From Desulfobacterales bacterium (GTDB lineage: Bacteria; Desulfobacterota; Desulfobacteria; Desulfobacterales; UBA5616), in the NCBI GenBank assembly GCA_046483495.1, contig JAWODC010000056.1:1-18831 (forward strand): a DNA stretch of 18,831 nucleotides, in the 5' to 3' direction. Position numbers and translations under genes: made by a program. The first letter of the stretch is position 1. Each line of letters starts with the position of its first letter. Positions 1-9,500 of this stretch are shown piece after piece. Below the pieces are notes generated by a model, which was given only the letters and a program-made list of their open reading frames with translations, was not told the DNA's origin and searched no databases.

Positions 1-2
1 AC

Positions 3-821
3 CACTCCATTTTCAGGTTTCAAATATTGGTTTTCACCACGATCTCTTTTGTGATGGTGTCCATCTTCGTGATCATGCTGCTGATCGTGAGAAGAGGGGA
101 AGGTATTATACGGCAGCGGGCTCTGGAGAGGCTTAAACTGGAAGAAAATCTGAACCGGGCAAAACATCTCAGTTCCCTGGGTGAAATGACGGCCGGCATT
201 TCCCATGAAATCAGAAATCCCCTCGGCATTATCAAAAGCTCCGCCGAGCTTTTGAAAAAGAAGATGAACACCCTGGATCCCAAAAATAAAATACCGAATA
301 TCATTATCGAGGAATCCGGCAGGCTAAACAACATCATCACGGATTTTTTGAATTACGCCAGACCCAAATCACCCGTGTATGTCGAATGCCGAATCGAGGA
401 CATACTCGAAAAAAATCTCACGTTTCTCAAACCCCAGATCGATAAAAAAGGTTATATTATCAAAACCTATATCGCGGACTCCCTGCCCCGGCTTTCGGCA
501 GACGCCGATATGCTGTATCAGGCTTTTTTGAATGTTCTCATAAATGCAATGCAGGCCATGCCCAACGGCGGTGAGATTCAAATCGAAGCGAGAGCCTCGG
601 ATAATCTTCTCTTTGTCGTATTTGAAGATGAAGGACCGGGCATCGATTCGGAAAACATCGAAAAAATATGGGATCCGTTTTTTACGACCAAGGAAACGGG
701 AACCGGACTTGGTCTGGGAATCGTAAAAAACATCGTTGAAGCCCACGGCGGCACCATCGATATCCGAAACAATTCACCCCTGCGCGGGGTTAGTGTCGAA
801 ATCGAGCTGCCGCTGAGCTAG
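3..821 (+). CDS. Sensor histidine kinase, C-terminal part (last TM helix, HisKA, HATPase_c); 5' end lies outside the window
   Basis: Frame is open from the window edge. Hydrophobic helix, H-box ISHEIRNPL, N-box NVLINAMQAM, G1 DEGPGI, F-box PFFTTK, G2 GTGLGL. Ends 32 nt before a response regulator. Confidence 0.95.
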   Translation, partial: HSIFRFQILVFTTISFVMVSIFVIMLLIVRRGEGIIRQRALERLKLEENLNRAKHLSSLGEMTAGISHEIRNPLGIIKSSAELLKKKMNTLDPKNKIPNIIIEESGRLNNIITDFLNYARPKSPVYVECRIEDILEKNLTFLKPQIDKKGYIIKTYIADSLPRLSADADMLYQAFLNVLINAMQAMPNGGEIQIEARASDNLLFVVFEDEGPGIDSENIEKIWDPFFTTKETGTGLGLGIVKNIVEAHGGTIDIRNNSPLRGVSVEIELPLS

Positions 822-853
822 TTTATAAAGGAAACGAGGCAAGGAGTTACCCT

Positions 854-2239
854 ATGGAAACAATTCTGATCGTGGACGATGAAAAAAATTATCCACCGAT
901 CTTGAGTGCCGTTTTAGAAGAAGAAGGCTATGAAACGCTGACAGCGAATTCCGGTCCGGAAGCGCTTATGAGGTTGTCCGATTCCGATATCGATCTCGTT
1001 TTGACCGACATGAAAATGCCCGGGATGGACGGCATGGAACTGCTCGAGAAAATCAAAGCCGGGGATTCGGACCTGCCGGTGGTCATGATGACCGCTTATG
1101 GAACAGTTGATAAAGCGGTAGAGGCGATGCAAAAAGGTGCCTACACCTACATCCTCAAACCGTTTGACAACGATCGGCTGGTAATTTTCATTGAAAAGGC
1201 CATCGGCATGTACCGGGTCATCAAGGAAAACAGACAGCTGCGAAATGCTGTCGAATCCCAGTATAAATTCGACAATATCATCGGCAAAACAAAAGTGATG
1301 CAGGATGTCTTCAGAACCATACAGAAAGTGGCTCCGACCTCGGCCACGGTATTGATCGAAGGTGAGAGCGGCACGGGAAAAGAACTGGTCGCCAAATCAA
1401 TCCATTTCAACAGTCCTCGGCATGATAAGCCGTTCGTTGCGGTAAATTGTTCGGCATTTGTCGAAACGCTCCTGGAAAGTGAGCTTTTCGGTCATGAAAA
1501 AGGAGCGTTCACCGGAGCTGCCTCCATGAAAAAGGGGCGGTTCGAGTTGGCCGACGGCGGAACGCTGTTTCTGGATGAGATCGGGGAGTTGTCCCAGAAC
1601 CTTCAGGTGAAACTGCTTCGTGTTTTACAGGAAAAAACGTTTGAGCGGGTCGGCGGGATCAAACCCATTTCCGTTAATATTCGGCTGCTTGCAGCGACCA
1701 ACAAAACATTGGAAGACGAGATCAGGGAAGGCCGATTTCGGGAAGATCTCTATTACCGGTTGAACGTGCTGCGGATTGTCATGCCGCCGCTTAGGGAACG
1801 CCGGGAGGATATTCGGCTTCTGGTCAATCATTTTATCAAAAAGTATGCGGAAGAACGAAAAGCCGAAACTCCCATAAGGGGGGTGGACCATGAAGTCGAA
1901 CGCCTGTTTTATGACTATGCTTGGCCGGGAAATATACGGGAGCTTGAAAATCTTATCGAACGGGCCATGATTTTATGTCCCGGTGAATTCATCACTGCGA
2001 ACGATGTGCCTAATGAAATTAAAAGCAGCATCGACAACACCCTGCATCTGGACGGCATTCCACTGAATGCAAATCTTTACGACACGTTGGCCAATGTGGA
2101 ACAGGCCATGATAAAACGGGCCCTGTCTGTAACGAACAACGTCCAGACCCATGCGGCACAGCTGCTTGGCATCGGAAAGAGCGGACTCAATCAAAAAATC
2201 AAAAAATTCAATCTGGATGTGACTTCCGAAATGGACTGA
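854..2239 (+). CDS. NtrC-family sigma-54-dependent response regulator (receiver, AAA+, Fis-type HTH)
   Basis: ILIVDDE and [11 protein letters not shown] receiver motifs, Walker [15 protein letters not shown] loop, Walker [18 protein letters not shown]-terminal AAQLLGI HTH. SD AAGGAG 7 nt before the ATG. Confidence 0.97.
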   Translation: METILIVDDEKNYPPILSAVLEEEGYETLTANSGPEALMRLSDSDIDLVLTDMKMPGMDGMELLEKIKAGDSDLPVVMMTAYGTVDKAVEAMQKGAYTYILKPFDNDRLVIFIEKAIGMYRVIKENRQLRNAVESQYKFDNIIGKTKVMQDVFRTIQKVAPTSATVLIEGESGTGKELVAKSIHFNSPRHDKPFVAVNCSAFVETLLESELFGHEKGAFTGAASMKKGRFELADGGTLFLDEIGELSQNLQVKLLRVLQEKTFERVGGIKPISVNIRLLAATNKTLEDEIREGRFREDLYYRLNVLRIVMPPLRERREDIRLLVNHFIKKYAEERKAETPIRGVDHEVERLFYDYAWPGNIRELENLIERAMILCPGEFITANDVPNEIKSSIDNTLHLDGIPLNANLYDTLANVEQAMIKRALSVTNNVQTHAAQLLGIGKSGLNQKIKKFNLDVTSEMD

Positions 2240-2296
2240 AAAAACCTTGAGGATCACCTTCGGGCTCGATCGGAATTCGGAGATTTCCTCCGGGCT

Positions 2297-3007
2297 TTAA
2301 AGGTCCGGCTGCAGGGCGGCCGCCTCCTCTTCGGCCAGATCGGCATATATCGAATCCGGGTGCGACTCGAGCAGTTCGCGATAATAAGCGGCCCCCTCGT
2401 CATGCATGCCTTTTTCAGAAGCCAATCGACCCAAATGGTAAAGCACTTCATCCTCGAATCCCAGATCGGGTCCGGCTTTGGCGGATTTCATGTATGCCAT
2501 GGCTGAATCCAGGTTTCCGCTCTGCTCGTTGGCATAAGCCAGTCCCTTCAAAATCAGGGTCGTATAAAACGGGTCATTATTGAAATCCTTCAGGGCACGC
2601 TCGTACAACATGAGGGCCGACTCGTACTCCCCGGTTTCTGCGGCGATGTCCGCCAATAGAATCCGCGCGATTTTTCCCGCTTTTTTTCCGGGATATTTTT
2701 CCACTACCATTTCCAAATCGCGTTTAACTTCCACCCTGAGCGGATCCGACGCGTTTTCGGCCGGACCGATGTCCTCCATCTTTTCCAACCCGGCCTGAAG
2801 AAGCCGCGAAGCATTTTCCTCGGTCCGCGCAGCATGGTAACGAAATCCGATGACGGCCAAAATCACTACAATCAAGGCGGCACCACCGACAATAAATCGG
2901 CGCCGGTTTTCCGAAACCGCCTGGAGGATGCCGCCGGTAAAACTGATGAATTCATCCGGTTTTTGAAGCTCTCTTTTTCTGGAGCGTGAGATTCTCTGTT
3001 TCGCCAT
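2297..3007 (-). CDS. Membrane-anchored TPR protein, YfgM/TPR_21-like
   Basis: Start moved from 3106 to the ATG at 3007 (GGAGG SD just upstream; removes overlap with the SH3 gene). Basic N-terminus with KPDEF, one TM helix (FIVGGAALIVVILAVIGF), then TPR-like helices (A..Y..AL pattern, ending YPD/HPDS-type motif). Confidence 0.8.
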   Translation of the reverse strand: MAKQRISRSRKRELQKPDEFISFTGGILQAVSENRRRFIVGGAALIVVILAVIGFRYHAARTEENASRLLQAGLEKMEDIGPAENASDPLRVEVKRDLEMVVEKYPGKKAGKIARILLADIAAETGEYESALMLYERALKDFNNDPFYTTLILKGLAYANEQSGNLDSAMAYMKSAKAGPDLGFEDEVLYHLGRLASEKGMHDEGAAYYRELLESHPDSIYADLAEEEAAALQPDL

Positions 3008-3042
3008 ATATCCTCCAACCCGCCCATCTGTTCGGGCGCGTC

Positions 3043-3486
3043 TCACCACACAAGTGACGCATGTATCCAGCCCCGGTCGCCGTCGGCATGCTCGATCCGC
3101 AGCCATTTGCCTTGTTTTTTAAGCACTTTGAACGGTACGCCTTTTTCTACGACAAACAGCACTTGATGCTCGGAACCCGTACCGGGGCCCGATCGGACAT
3201 TGCATTTTTCCTTTTTCGTAATCACCGTTGAAATGTCCTTCACGAGGGATTTATGTATCCATCCCTTATCTCCTTCGAAATCCTTGAACAGGTACCATTG
3301 CGTCTGAGTATCGATTACTTCTATGGGATAGTACTGCTCGGCCTTCCATAAAATATCGTATCGATCCGTTCCCGGACCCGACCGGACGTTGGCAACGGAT
3401 GCGGAAACGGCAAGGCGCTGCGCGGCGGCCGTACCGGCAAACGCAAACAGAAACACAAGCAACCACAGCAATCGAATGTTTGGCAT
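3043..3486 (-). CDS. Secreted protein with two bacterial SH3 (SH3b/SH3_4-type) domains
   Basis: ATG at 3486 with AGGAGG SD. Signal peptide (LLWLLVFLFAFAGTAAA), then two repeats NVRSGPGT...W....D..G..GWIH.SLV. Confidence 0.9.
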   Translation of the reverse strand: MPNIRLLWLLVFLFAFAGTAAAQRLAVSASVANVRSGPGTDRYDILWKAEQYYPIEVIDTQTQWYLFKDFEGDKGWIHKSLVKDISTVITKKEKCNVRSGPGTGSEHQVLFVVEKGVPFKVLKKQGKWLRIEHADGDRGWIHASLVW

Positions 3487-3540
3487 AAATTCCGATCCTC
3501 CTTTTCGGCCCATAACAAATTCTGTTTCGGCTTCCACCGT

Positions 3541-4473
3541 TTATTCAAAGGCAAATACCCGCCGACGGCTGTCGAGTCGCCGAATACCCTCTTCATCGGC
3601 CGCCTTCAAAGCCTGATGAAATGCTTCACCGGTCAGCCTTCTGGAAAGCTCCGGTGTATGATGAGCAGTGCCGCAGGGACGGTACTGCGGCATGATATTG
3701 ACATACGTGTTCGGTGAAATGTCTCGTGCGATAAACCGCATGATGTCGCGCGTGCCGGCCAATCCGCCCGGCAAGACCAGGTGCCTGACCAGCAGGCCCC
3801 GCCGCGCGATGCCGTTCGTGTCGATCGAAAGGTCCGCCACCTGCCGGTGCATTTCCCGCAAGGCATTTTTAGCCGCCTCGGGGTAATCGGGCGCCCGGCA
3901 GGTTTTATCGGCGACGGATGCGCTCCAAAATTTGAAATCCGGCATGTAGATATCCACGACCCCCTCGAGCAGACGCAGGGTGTCGACACTGTCATAAGCA
4001 CTCGAGTTGTATACCAGCGGAACGGCAAGCCCCTTGTCCACCGCAATCTCGGTAGCAGCAAGGATTTGCGGCACCACATGGGAAGGCGTAACGAAATTGA
4101 TATTGTGGCATCCCTGGTTCTGCAAGTGGATCATCATGTCGGCAAGCTGCGCGGACGATGTTTTTTCACCGCATCCCAGGTGGCTGATGTCATAATTCTG
4201 GCAAAAATTGCACAACAAGTTGCAATGGGTAAAAAAAATGGTGCCGGAACCGTTTGTACCCACCAGCGGGGCCTCTTCACCGAAATGAGGATGATAGCTG
4301 GACACCCATGCATGTTTGCCTGTCTTGCAGATCCCTGTTTCGCAGGCATTCCGGTTGACGCGGCATTGCCGTGGGCAAAGCCGGCAATCATCCATCGCCT
4401 CGGTCGCCGTTGTCACTTTTTCACGAAATAATCCCTTCCGATAGGTTTCGATATAGGCCGGTGTAAACGTCAT
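3541..4473 (-). CDS. Radical SAM protein, PflX-like (PFL-activase-related, function unknown)
   Basis: N-terminal CRLCPRQCRVNR..G.C, HFGEE, GSGTIFF, CxxxCxxC (CNLLCNFCQN), HNINFVTP, DIYMPDFK, LLVRHLVLPG, NIMPQYRP. Confidence 0.9.
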   Translation of the reverse strand: MTFTPAYIETYRKGLFREKVTTATEAMDDCRLCPRQCRVNRNACETGICKTGKHAWVSSYHPHFGEEAPLVGTNGSGTIFFTHCNLLCNFCQNYDISHLGCGEKTSSAQLADMMIHLQNQGCHNINFVTPSHVVPQILAATEIAVDKGLAVPLVYNSSAYDSVDTLRLLEGVVDIYMPDFKFWSASVADKTCRAPDYPEAAKNALREMHRQVADLSIDTNGIARRGLLVRHLVLPGGLAGTRDIMRFIARDISPNTYVNIMPQYRPCGTAHHTPELSRRLTGEAFHQALKAADEEGIRRLDSRRRVFAFE

Positions 4474-4497
4474 TTATGACCTGCCGCCATTACCGGT

Positions 4498-4740
4498 TCA
4501 CGAAGTGTGCCCGGGTATTTCGTAGGTAGTGCATGAACCGCTCGAACAGTTTCGACTCAATTTGCTCACCCCCTGTCCTTTCGAGCCGTCACCAACCTGG
4601 TGGGATGCGACGCTCATGATCCGTTCAAACGTTTCCGAATGGCATGCGGGACAGCGCAGTTCAACACCTTCCTCGTTTTTCATGACCAGCAGTTCAAAAC
4701 ATTCATTGCAGTTTAGACATCTAAATTCATATATCGGCAT
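4498..4740 (-). CDS. FmdB-family zinc-ribbon protein
   Basis: MPIYEFRCxxC...FE...CPxC.S....R.MS pattern. GAGGTG SD upstream. Confidence 0.9.
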   Translation of the reverse strand: MPIYEFRCLNCNECFELLVMKNEEGVELRCPACHSETFERIMSVASHQVGDGSKGQGVSKLSRNCSSGSCTTYEIPGHTS

Positions 4741-4816
4741 AAAACATCACCTCGATTTCGGCCATCCAATCGGATTGCGGCCAGATTTTAGTTTGACTCA
4801 AGCATTTGTTTGTCGA

Positions 4817-6991
4817 TCAAGTCGGGAACGTTACCACAAAATGGGCCCCTTTGCCATTATTATCTTCCAGGCTCAACGCCCCCCCGTGCCGTTCCACAAT
4901 TTCATGACAGATATACAGTCCAAGCCCGGTGCCTTCTCCAACAGGTTTCGTGGTAAAAAAAGGTTTAAAAATGTCCAGTCGGTGCTCTTTTTGAATCCCG
5001 GGTCCCGTATCCCGGCATTCAAAAACCACCTGGTCAGGGCCTTTTTCAAAACGCGTCATGATCATTATTTCTCCGCCGACGGGTTTTACCGCCTGAATTG
5101 CATTTTTTATGATGTTGACGGCCACTTGCCCGAGGTTGGCGAAATTTCCCCGTATGACAGGCAGGTCCGTATCGTAATTCTCCAGAATAACGACTTTCCC
5201 TTGCTTGTATTGGTTGTGCAGGACCCGCAATGCATTTTTTACAACCGTGTTGAGATTGACATCTTCAGCAAACGTGACGGTCTGCCGGGAAAGCCCCAGA
5301 AGGCTTTCCACGATGTGTTTAGCCTTTTGCAGTTCCCCCCCGGCAAACTCCAGATCTTCGATAACATCCTCATCGAAAGGCGAACTGCCGTCCCATTGTT
5401 TCATTTCCTCGACAGAAGACTGTAATAAACTCATAACCGAAGCCAGAGGGTTGTTCAGTTCATGGGCCGCGCCGGCCACCAGTTCCCCGATAGCCGCGAG
5501 ACTTTCCGATTTGATAAGCCGCTCTTGGGATATTTCTTTTTCATGCAGGGCCTGCCTCAGTTCCCGCGTCCTGGCCGAGACCGTCTTTTCCAGGTTTTCA
5601 TTCATCCGGTTCAGCAACGCATAAGATCGGGCGTTTTCAAACGCCAGCGCACTCTGGTCCGCCAAGATCTCCAGCAAATCGAATTCCTCCGGGGTAAACA
5701 GGTCTCCCGAGCGCTTTTCCCCCATGGCAAGAAATCCCGTCAGTTTTTCCTTGTAGTGAAAAGGAATGATAATTTCGGCCTGGAGTCGTGTCATTGCTTC
5801 GATGACATCGCCAACCTGAAAACGGCCGGCATTCGGCGCATAATTTCGTTTGACCATTTTTGCGCGTTTCTTCCGAAGTTCCCAAATAAGCGGGCAATCG
5901 TGCTTCATGATACCGATGCCCGGGTTTTCGGCGGAAGGACTGGATTGGAGAACGAAGGCCTCCTTTGCTTCATCCAATATAAACAGCCGGCAGTTTTCGA
6001 CCTGCATGGTTTTTGAAACGACATCCATAATCCTCCGTGCAATTTGCCGGGAATCCAGAACTGAAGTTATCCGCCGGCCGACGGATTTAAGCGTTTTCCG
6101 GTAATCATATTTTTCCCTGAAAAAAATTCGGTCCACGCCGATTTGAACTCTCTCCCTCAGGGGGGCCATTGTAAAGGCGGCCAGCAGAATGAATCCGAAG
6201 GAAAGATAATACGAATCCGACCGGTTGAATCCGCTGATCATTCTTTCGGCCCCCAGTACGACTGCGGCATACAATGTGGTTAGAAAAGCGGTCAGTACGG
6301 TATATATCAGACCCTTGTGAATCAACGTGCCGGTATCCAGCAAATCATGGCGAAATAGACCGATTCCGAAAACAACCAGTGGTATAAAACTCCAGTTGCC
6401 GGGTGGATAAACGGCATAACCGCTGACGGGAAGAATGTTCAGCGCATTCAACAGCCCCATCGAACCGAACCCGACAAATACGTATCTAAGCCGATACTTG
6501 CCGATACTGCTTCTTTCATGCCGTATCGCCCGAAAAAGCAGCAACAGCACGTAAACCGAGGCGCCGAGCGAAAGAAGTCCGAAGAATGGATACAAAGGAC
6601 CGCCGGCTGCAAAATAACCGAAACGGTAGGATTTCATGGATTCGATATACCAATCCGACTGGGTGAACATCATGAGAATAAACGCGTAAATATAAGCCGC
6701 CATGAGCAGCCGTTTGCCCTTTTTGATCCCCAGATATGTGTGGAAAAAATGGATATACACCGGAGACAGGTAAACAACGAATAAGTGGTCCAGGCGGCTG
6801 ATCAGGAGGGCTGTATCTTCGGATCGAACATTAAAAACCAACAGAATATCGATATACAGGAAGGATCCAAAAAGACAGATGATAAAGAAAAGAATATCCG
6901 ATCGGCTCCATCGTCGGTGTTTGGCCGTGATCGCACCCAGCCACAGAAAACTGCAGAGTGTCAGAAACGGCGGCAGGCTGTAAACGGTCAT
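4817..6991 (-). CDS. Multi-pass membrane sensor histidine kinase (HisKA_7TM-like N-terminus, GAF, HisKA, HATPase_c)
   Basis: Many N-terminal TM helices. GAF signature IIPFHYKEKLTGFLAMGEKRSGDLFTPEEFDLLEILADQSALAFENA, H-box AHELNNPL, NIIKNAIQA, DTGPGI, PFFTTK, GTGLGL. ATG overlaps the recN stop. Confidence 0.93.
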   Translation of the reverse strand: MTVYSLPPFLTLCSFLWLGAITAKHRRWSRSDILFFIICLFGSFLYIDILLVFNVRSEDTALLISRLDHLFVVYLSPVYIHFFHTYLGIKKGKRLLMAAYIYAFILMMFTQSDWYIESMKSYRFGYFAAGGPLYPFFGLLSLGASVYVLLLLFRAIRHERSSIGKYRLRYVFVGFGSMGLLNALNILPVSGYAVYPPGNWSFIPLVVFGIGLFRHDLLDTGTLIHKGLIYTVLTAFLTTLYAAVVLGAERMISGFNRSDSYYLSFGFILLAAFTMAPLRERVQIGVDRIFFREKYDYRKTLKSVGRRITSVLDSRQIARRIMDVVSKTMQVENCRLFILDEAKEAFVLQSSPSAENPGIGIMKHDCPLIWELRKKRAKMVKRNYAPNAGRFQVGDVIEAMTRLQAEIIIPFHYKEKLTGFLAMGEKRSGDLFTPEEFDLLEILADQSALAFENARSYALLNRMNENLEKTVSARTRELRQALHEKEISQERLIKSESLAAIGELVAGAAHELNNPLASVMSLLQSSVEEMKQWDGSSPFDEDVIEDLEFAGGELQKAKHIVESLLGLSRQTVTFAEDVNLNTVVKNALRVLHNQYKQGKVVILENYDTDLPVIRGNFANLGQVAVNIIKNAIQAVKPVGGEIMIMTRFEKGPDQVVFECRDTGPGIQKEHRLDIFKPFFTTKPVGEGTGLGLYICHEIVERHGGALSLEDNNGKGAHFVVTFPT

Positions 6992-8691
6992 GGTTTTTGA
7001 TCCAGCATTTCTGCTGCATGGGCCAGCGTTTTCTTTGTAACCCGATCCCCTCCCAGCATTCTTGCGATTTCTTTCGCCCGCTCTTCTTTGGGAATTCGGG
7101 CGATGCGGGTTCGTGTCCTTCCGTTTTCAACCTGTTTGGATATGGTGAAATGATGGTCGGCAAACGTGGCAATTTGCGGCAAATGCGTGATGCAGATGAT
7201 TTGATGGTATCGGGACAAAGCCAGCATTTTCTTGCCCACCACTTCCGCGGTGCCCCCCCCGATTCCCGCATCCACCTCGTCGAAAATCAAGGTTCCCGTG
7301 GATTCGGAGTGCGCCAGTATCGATTTCAGCGCCAGAACGATCCTCGAGAGCTCCCCCCCGGACGCAATTTCGGCCAATGGTTTCAGCGTCTCACCGACAT
7401 TGGGGGAAATCATGAAAACCACCCGGTCCATTCCGGTTTCCGAAATGATGCGACCATCGCTGACAAGAGAGGGGTTCGCGGACGGGTCCGCCGGACGGAC
7501 GGACAGAACCGCTGAGAAGCGGGTGCCTTCCATCTTCAGGTCCCGCAATTCATTTTCCACACGCACAGCCAATGTTTCAGCCGCGGACTGCCGTTTATCG
7601 GATAAGCGAAGAGCATTCATGCATAACTGCTCGTGCGATTGAATGATTTCCTGCTTCACCACCTCGATGTCATGCGAAAGATTTTCCAGTGAAGTGAGGT
7701 CGGTCTCGATTTGGGCCAAATGATCGCAGACGGCGGTCAGCGTTCCGCCATATTTGCGCTTCAGTTTAACGAGCGTATCCAGCCGGACCTCAACCCACTC
7801 CAGCCGTTCCGAATCAATTTCCAGGCTGTCCATATACGACCGCAGGGATGCCGTAATATCCTCCAATCGATAAGCAGCTTCTTCGATGTCGTTTTGGATG
7901 CGTCCAATTGCAGGATCAAAACGGGAAATTTTTTCAAGGTTTTTTGTCGCTTCGGTCAATTCTTCCATGACCGAACCCCGACGGTCATAAAGTGCGTCGA
8001 TACAGCCATAAACCGTTTCGGAAAGGAGTTCACCGTTTTTCAGGCGGTCTTTCTCCAATGCCAGCTCATCGTCCTCGCCGACTTGAACCCCGGCTTCCGT
8101 GATCTCTTTTTTCTGAAATTCAAGCAGCTCCAGCTGCCGGGCCTGAGTTTCGGCTTTCGTGGTAAGGGCTTCGAGTTTCCGGATTAAGGGAAGGAGGATA
8201 CTGTAGCACCGGTGAACTTCGTCCCGAATCGGCATCAGTCCGCCAAACTGGTCCAGGATCTCCAGTTGAAACGTTTCTTTTAAAAGCCCCTGGTGAGCAT
8301 GCTGGCCGGAAACGCCGGCCAAATTTTCCGTCAACAGCAATAGCTGCGCTATAGTAGCCGTTCGCCCGTTCACATAGATGCGATGTCGACTGTTTCGGGA
8401 TACGATTCTACGGATCAGCAACCCGTCTTCTGGACCGAGGTCGTATTCTTTCAGTGTCTGATATGTACGTGATCCGGGTGCGATATCAAAAAAAGCTTCT
8501 ACTTCCGCTGATTCGGCACCGGTACGAATCAGATCCGCATACGCCCGTCCGCCCAATACCAGGTTCAGGGCGTTGATGATGATCGATTTTCCGGCACCCG
8601 TCTCGCCGCTCAATACGGTCAGACCCTTGGAGAATTCAATGCGGAGGTCGTCAATGATGGCGAAATTTCTGATCGAAAGCTCTTTGAGCAT
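6988..8691 (-). CDS. recN: DNA repair protein RecN
   Basis: MLKELSIRNFAII start, Walker A SGETGAGKS, GQHAHQ Q-loop, long coiled coil, ASGGELSR signature, LIFDEVDAGIGG, CITHLPQ, EIARMLGG. Confidence 0.98.
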   Translation of the reverse strand: MLKELSIRNFAIIDDLRIEFSKGLTVLSGETGAGKSIIINALNLVLGGRAYADLIRTGAESAEVEAFFDIAPGSRTYQTLKEYDLGPEDGLLIRRIVSRNSRHRIYVNGRTATIAQLLLLTENLAGVSGQHAHQGLLKETFQLEILDQFGGLMPIRDEVHRCYSILLPLIRKLEALTTKAETQARQLELLEFQKKEITEAGVQVGEDDELALEKDRLKNGELLSETVYGCIDALYDRRGSVMEELTEATKNLEKISRFDPAIGRIQNDIEEAAYRLEDITASLRSYMDSLEIDSERLEWVEVRLDTLVKLKRKYGGTLTAVCDHLAQIETDLTSLENLSHDIEVVKQEIIQSHEQLCMNALRLSDKRQSAAETLAVRVENELRDLKMEGTRFSAVLSVRPADPSANPSLVSDGRIISETGMDRVVFMISPNVGETLKPLAEIASGGELSRIVLALKSILAHSESTGTLIFDEVDAGIGGGTAEVVGKKMLALSRYHQIICITHLPQIATFADHHFTISKQVENGRTRTRIARIPKEERAKEIARMLGGDRVTKKTLAHAAEMLDQKP

Positions 8692-8819
8692 GATATCAAC
8701 CCGAGGCGCACATTCCGCCGTTTACATGAGGCGCCGAGAACCTGAAACCGTCGGTTTCTCAGGCTTATGACATTCGGCACGCATACATGCGGCACCCAAA
8801 CAGCGATTGGGATGAAAAA

Positions 8820-9407
8820 TTATGTTGAGGCGTCAAATCCAAGATCGAATGCCGTAAGATTTGTCTTCACAAATTCTGATCGCGTCTTTGTTGAAATCGC
8901 CTTTTTGACGTCATCCACGGACAGGGGTAGAATACCGGTTTTAATCAGGGCGCCGAGAAGCACCATATTCACGGCCATGGAACTGCCGGCCTCTTCGGCC
9001 AGTTTTGCGGCATGAACCGCAATTAATTTTTTGGTCTTCGCCCGTATTATAGACTGAACCTCGTCGATATCCGGATAGTTCCCCTGCCCGGTTGTGACCG
9101 TAAACGGCGGAATCGAAGCTAAATTGGTAACAACGACGGTTTCCGGCCCGCATTTTTTCAGCGCTCTAAGTGTTTCGCACGGTTCGAATCCGACAAGGAC
9201 ATCCGCCTGTCCATCGGATATAATGGTGCTTTCGGCGTCTCCGAAAACCATGGCCGATTCCACTACGCCACCTCGTTGGGCCATGCCGTGAATCTCACTC
9301 ATTCTCACCGGGATGCCCGCGGCGAGCGCCGCTTCGCCCAAAACCTTGGACGCCAGCAGATTTCCCTGTCCACCCACTGCAACGATGATCAATCGGGTTG
9401 GTTTCAC
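8820..9407 (-). CDS. iorB: Indolepyruvate:ferredoxin oxidoreductase beta subunit
   Basis: AVGGQGNLLAS, SEIHGMAQRGGVV, N.VLLGAL, N..AF..G motifs. Start moved to the GTG at 9407 (TAAGGA SD upstream). Downstream of iorA. Confidence 0.92.
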   Translation of the reverse strand: MKPTRLIIVAVGGQGNLLASKVLGEAALAAGIPVRMSEIHGMAQRGGVVESAMVFGDAESTIISDGQADVLVGFEPCETLRALKKCGPETVVVTNLASIPPFTVTTGQGNYPDIDEVQSIIRAKTKKLIAVHAAKLAEEAGSSMAVNMVLLGALIKTGILPLSVDDVKKAISTKTRSEFVKTNLTAFDLGFDAST

Positions 9408-9500
9408 GTTAAGATCCTTATTTAGGGTCCATCCATAAATGGCCCTTTCACGCGGTTTCTGCATTGGACGCAAAATCGAAATCCTCAAAATAGCACACTA

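Noticed and set aside
2240..2300. Possible terminators between the convergent regulator and TPR genes
   Set aside because: Only short or mismatched stems (for example CGGAG-N5-CTCCG); not enough support.
3008..3106. Long N-terminal extension of the TPR ORF in the track (likewise for SH3, iorB and iorA)
   Set aside because: Downstream starts have clear SD sequences and avoid overlaps with neighbouring genes or promoters.
4529..5425. 298-aa + strand ORF
   Set aside because: Antisense shadow of the histidine kinase and Zn-ribbon genes, with no recognisable motifs. The same applies to the other short ORFs overlapping clear genes (for example 3781-4431, 5462-6016, 6958-7515).
8741..8763. Hairpin CCTGAAACCGTCGGTTTCTCAGG downstream of iorB
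   Set aside because: Imperfect stem and no convincing U-tract, so it cannot be called a terminator.
8774..8791. CGGCACGCATACATGC, a sigma-54-like sequence between recN and iorB
   Set aside because: GG-to-GC spacing is 11 nt rather than the required 10, and it points antisense into iorB.
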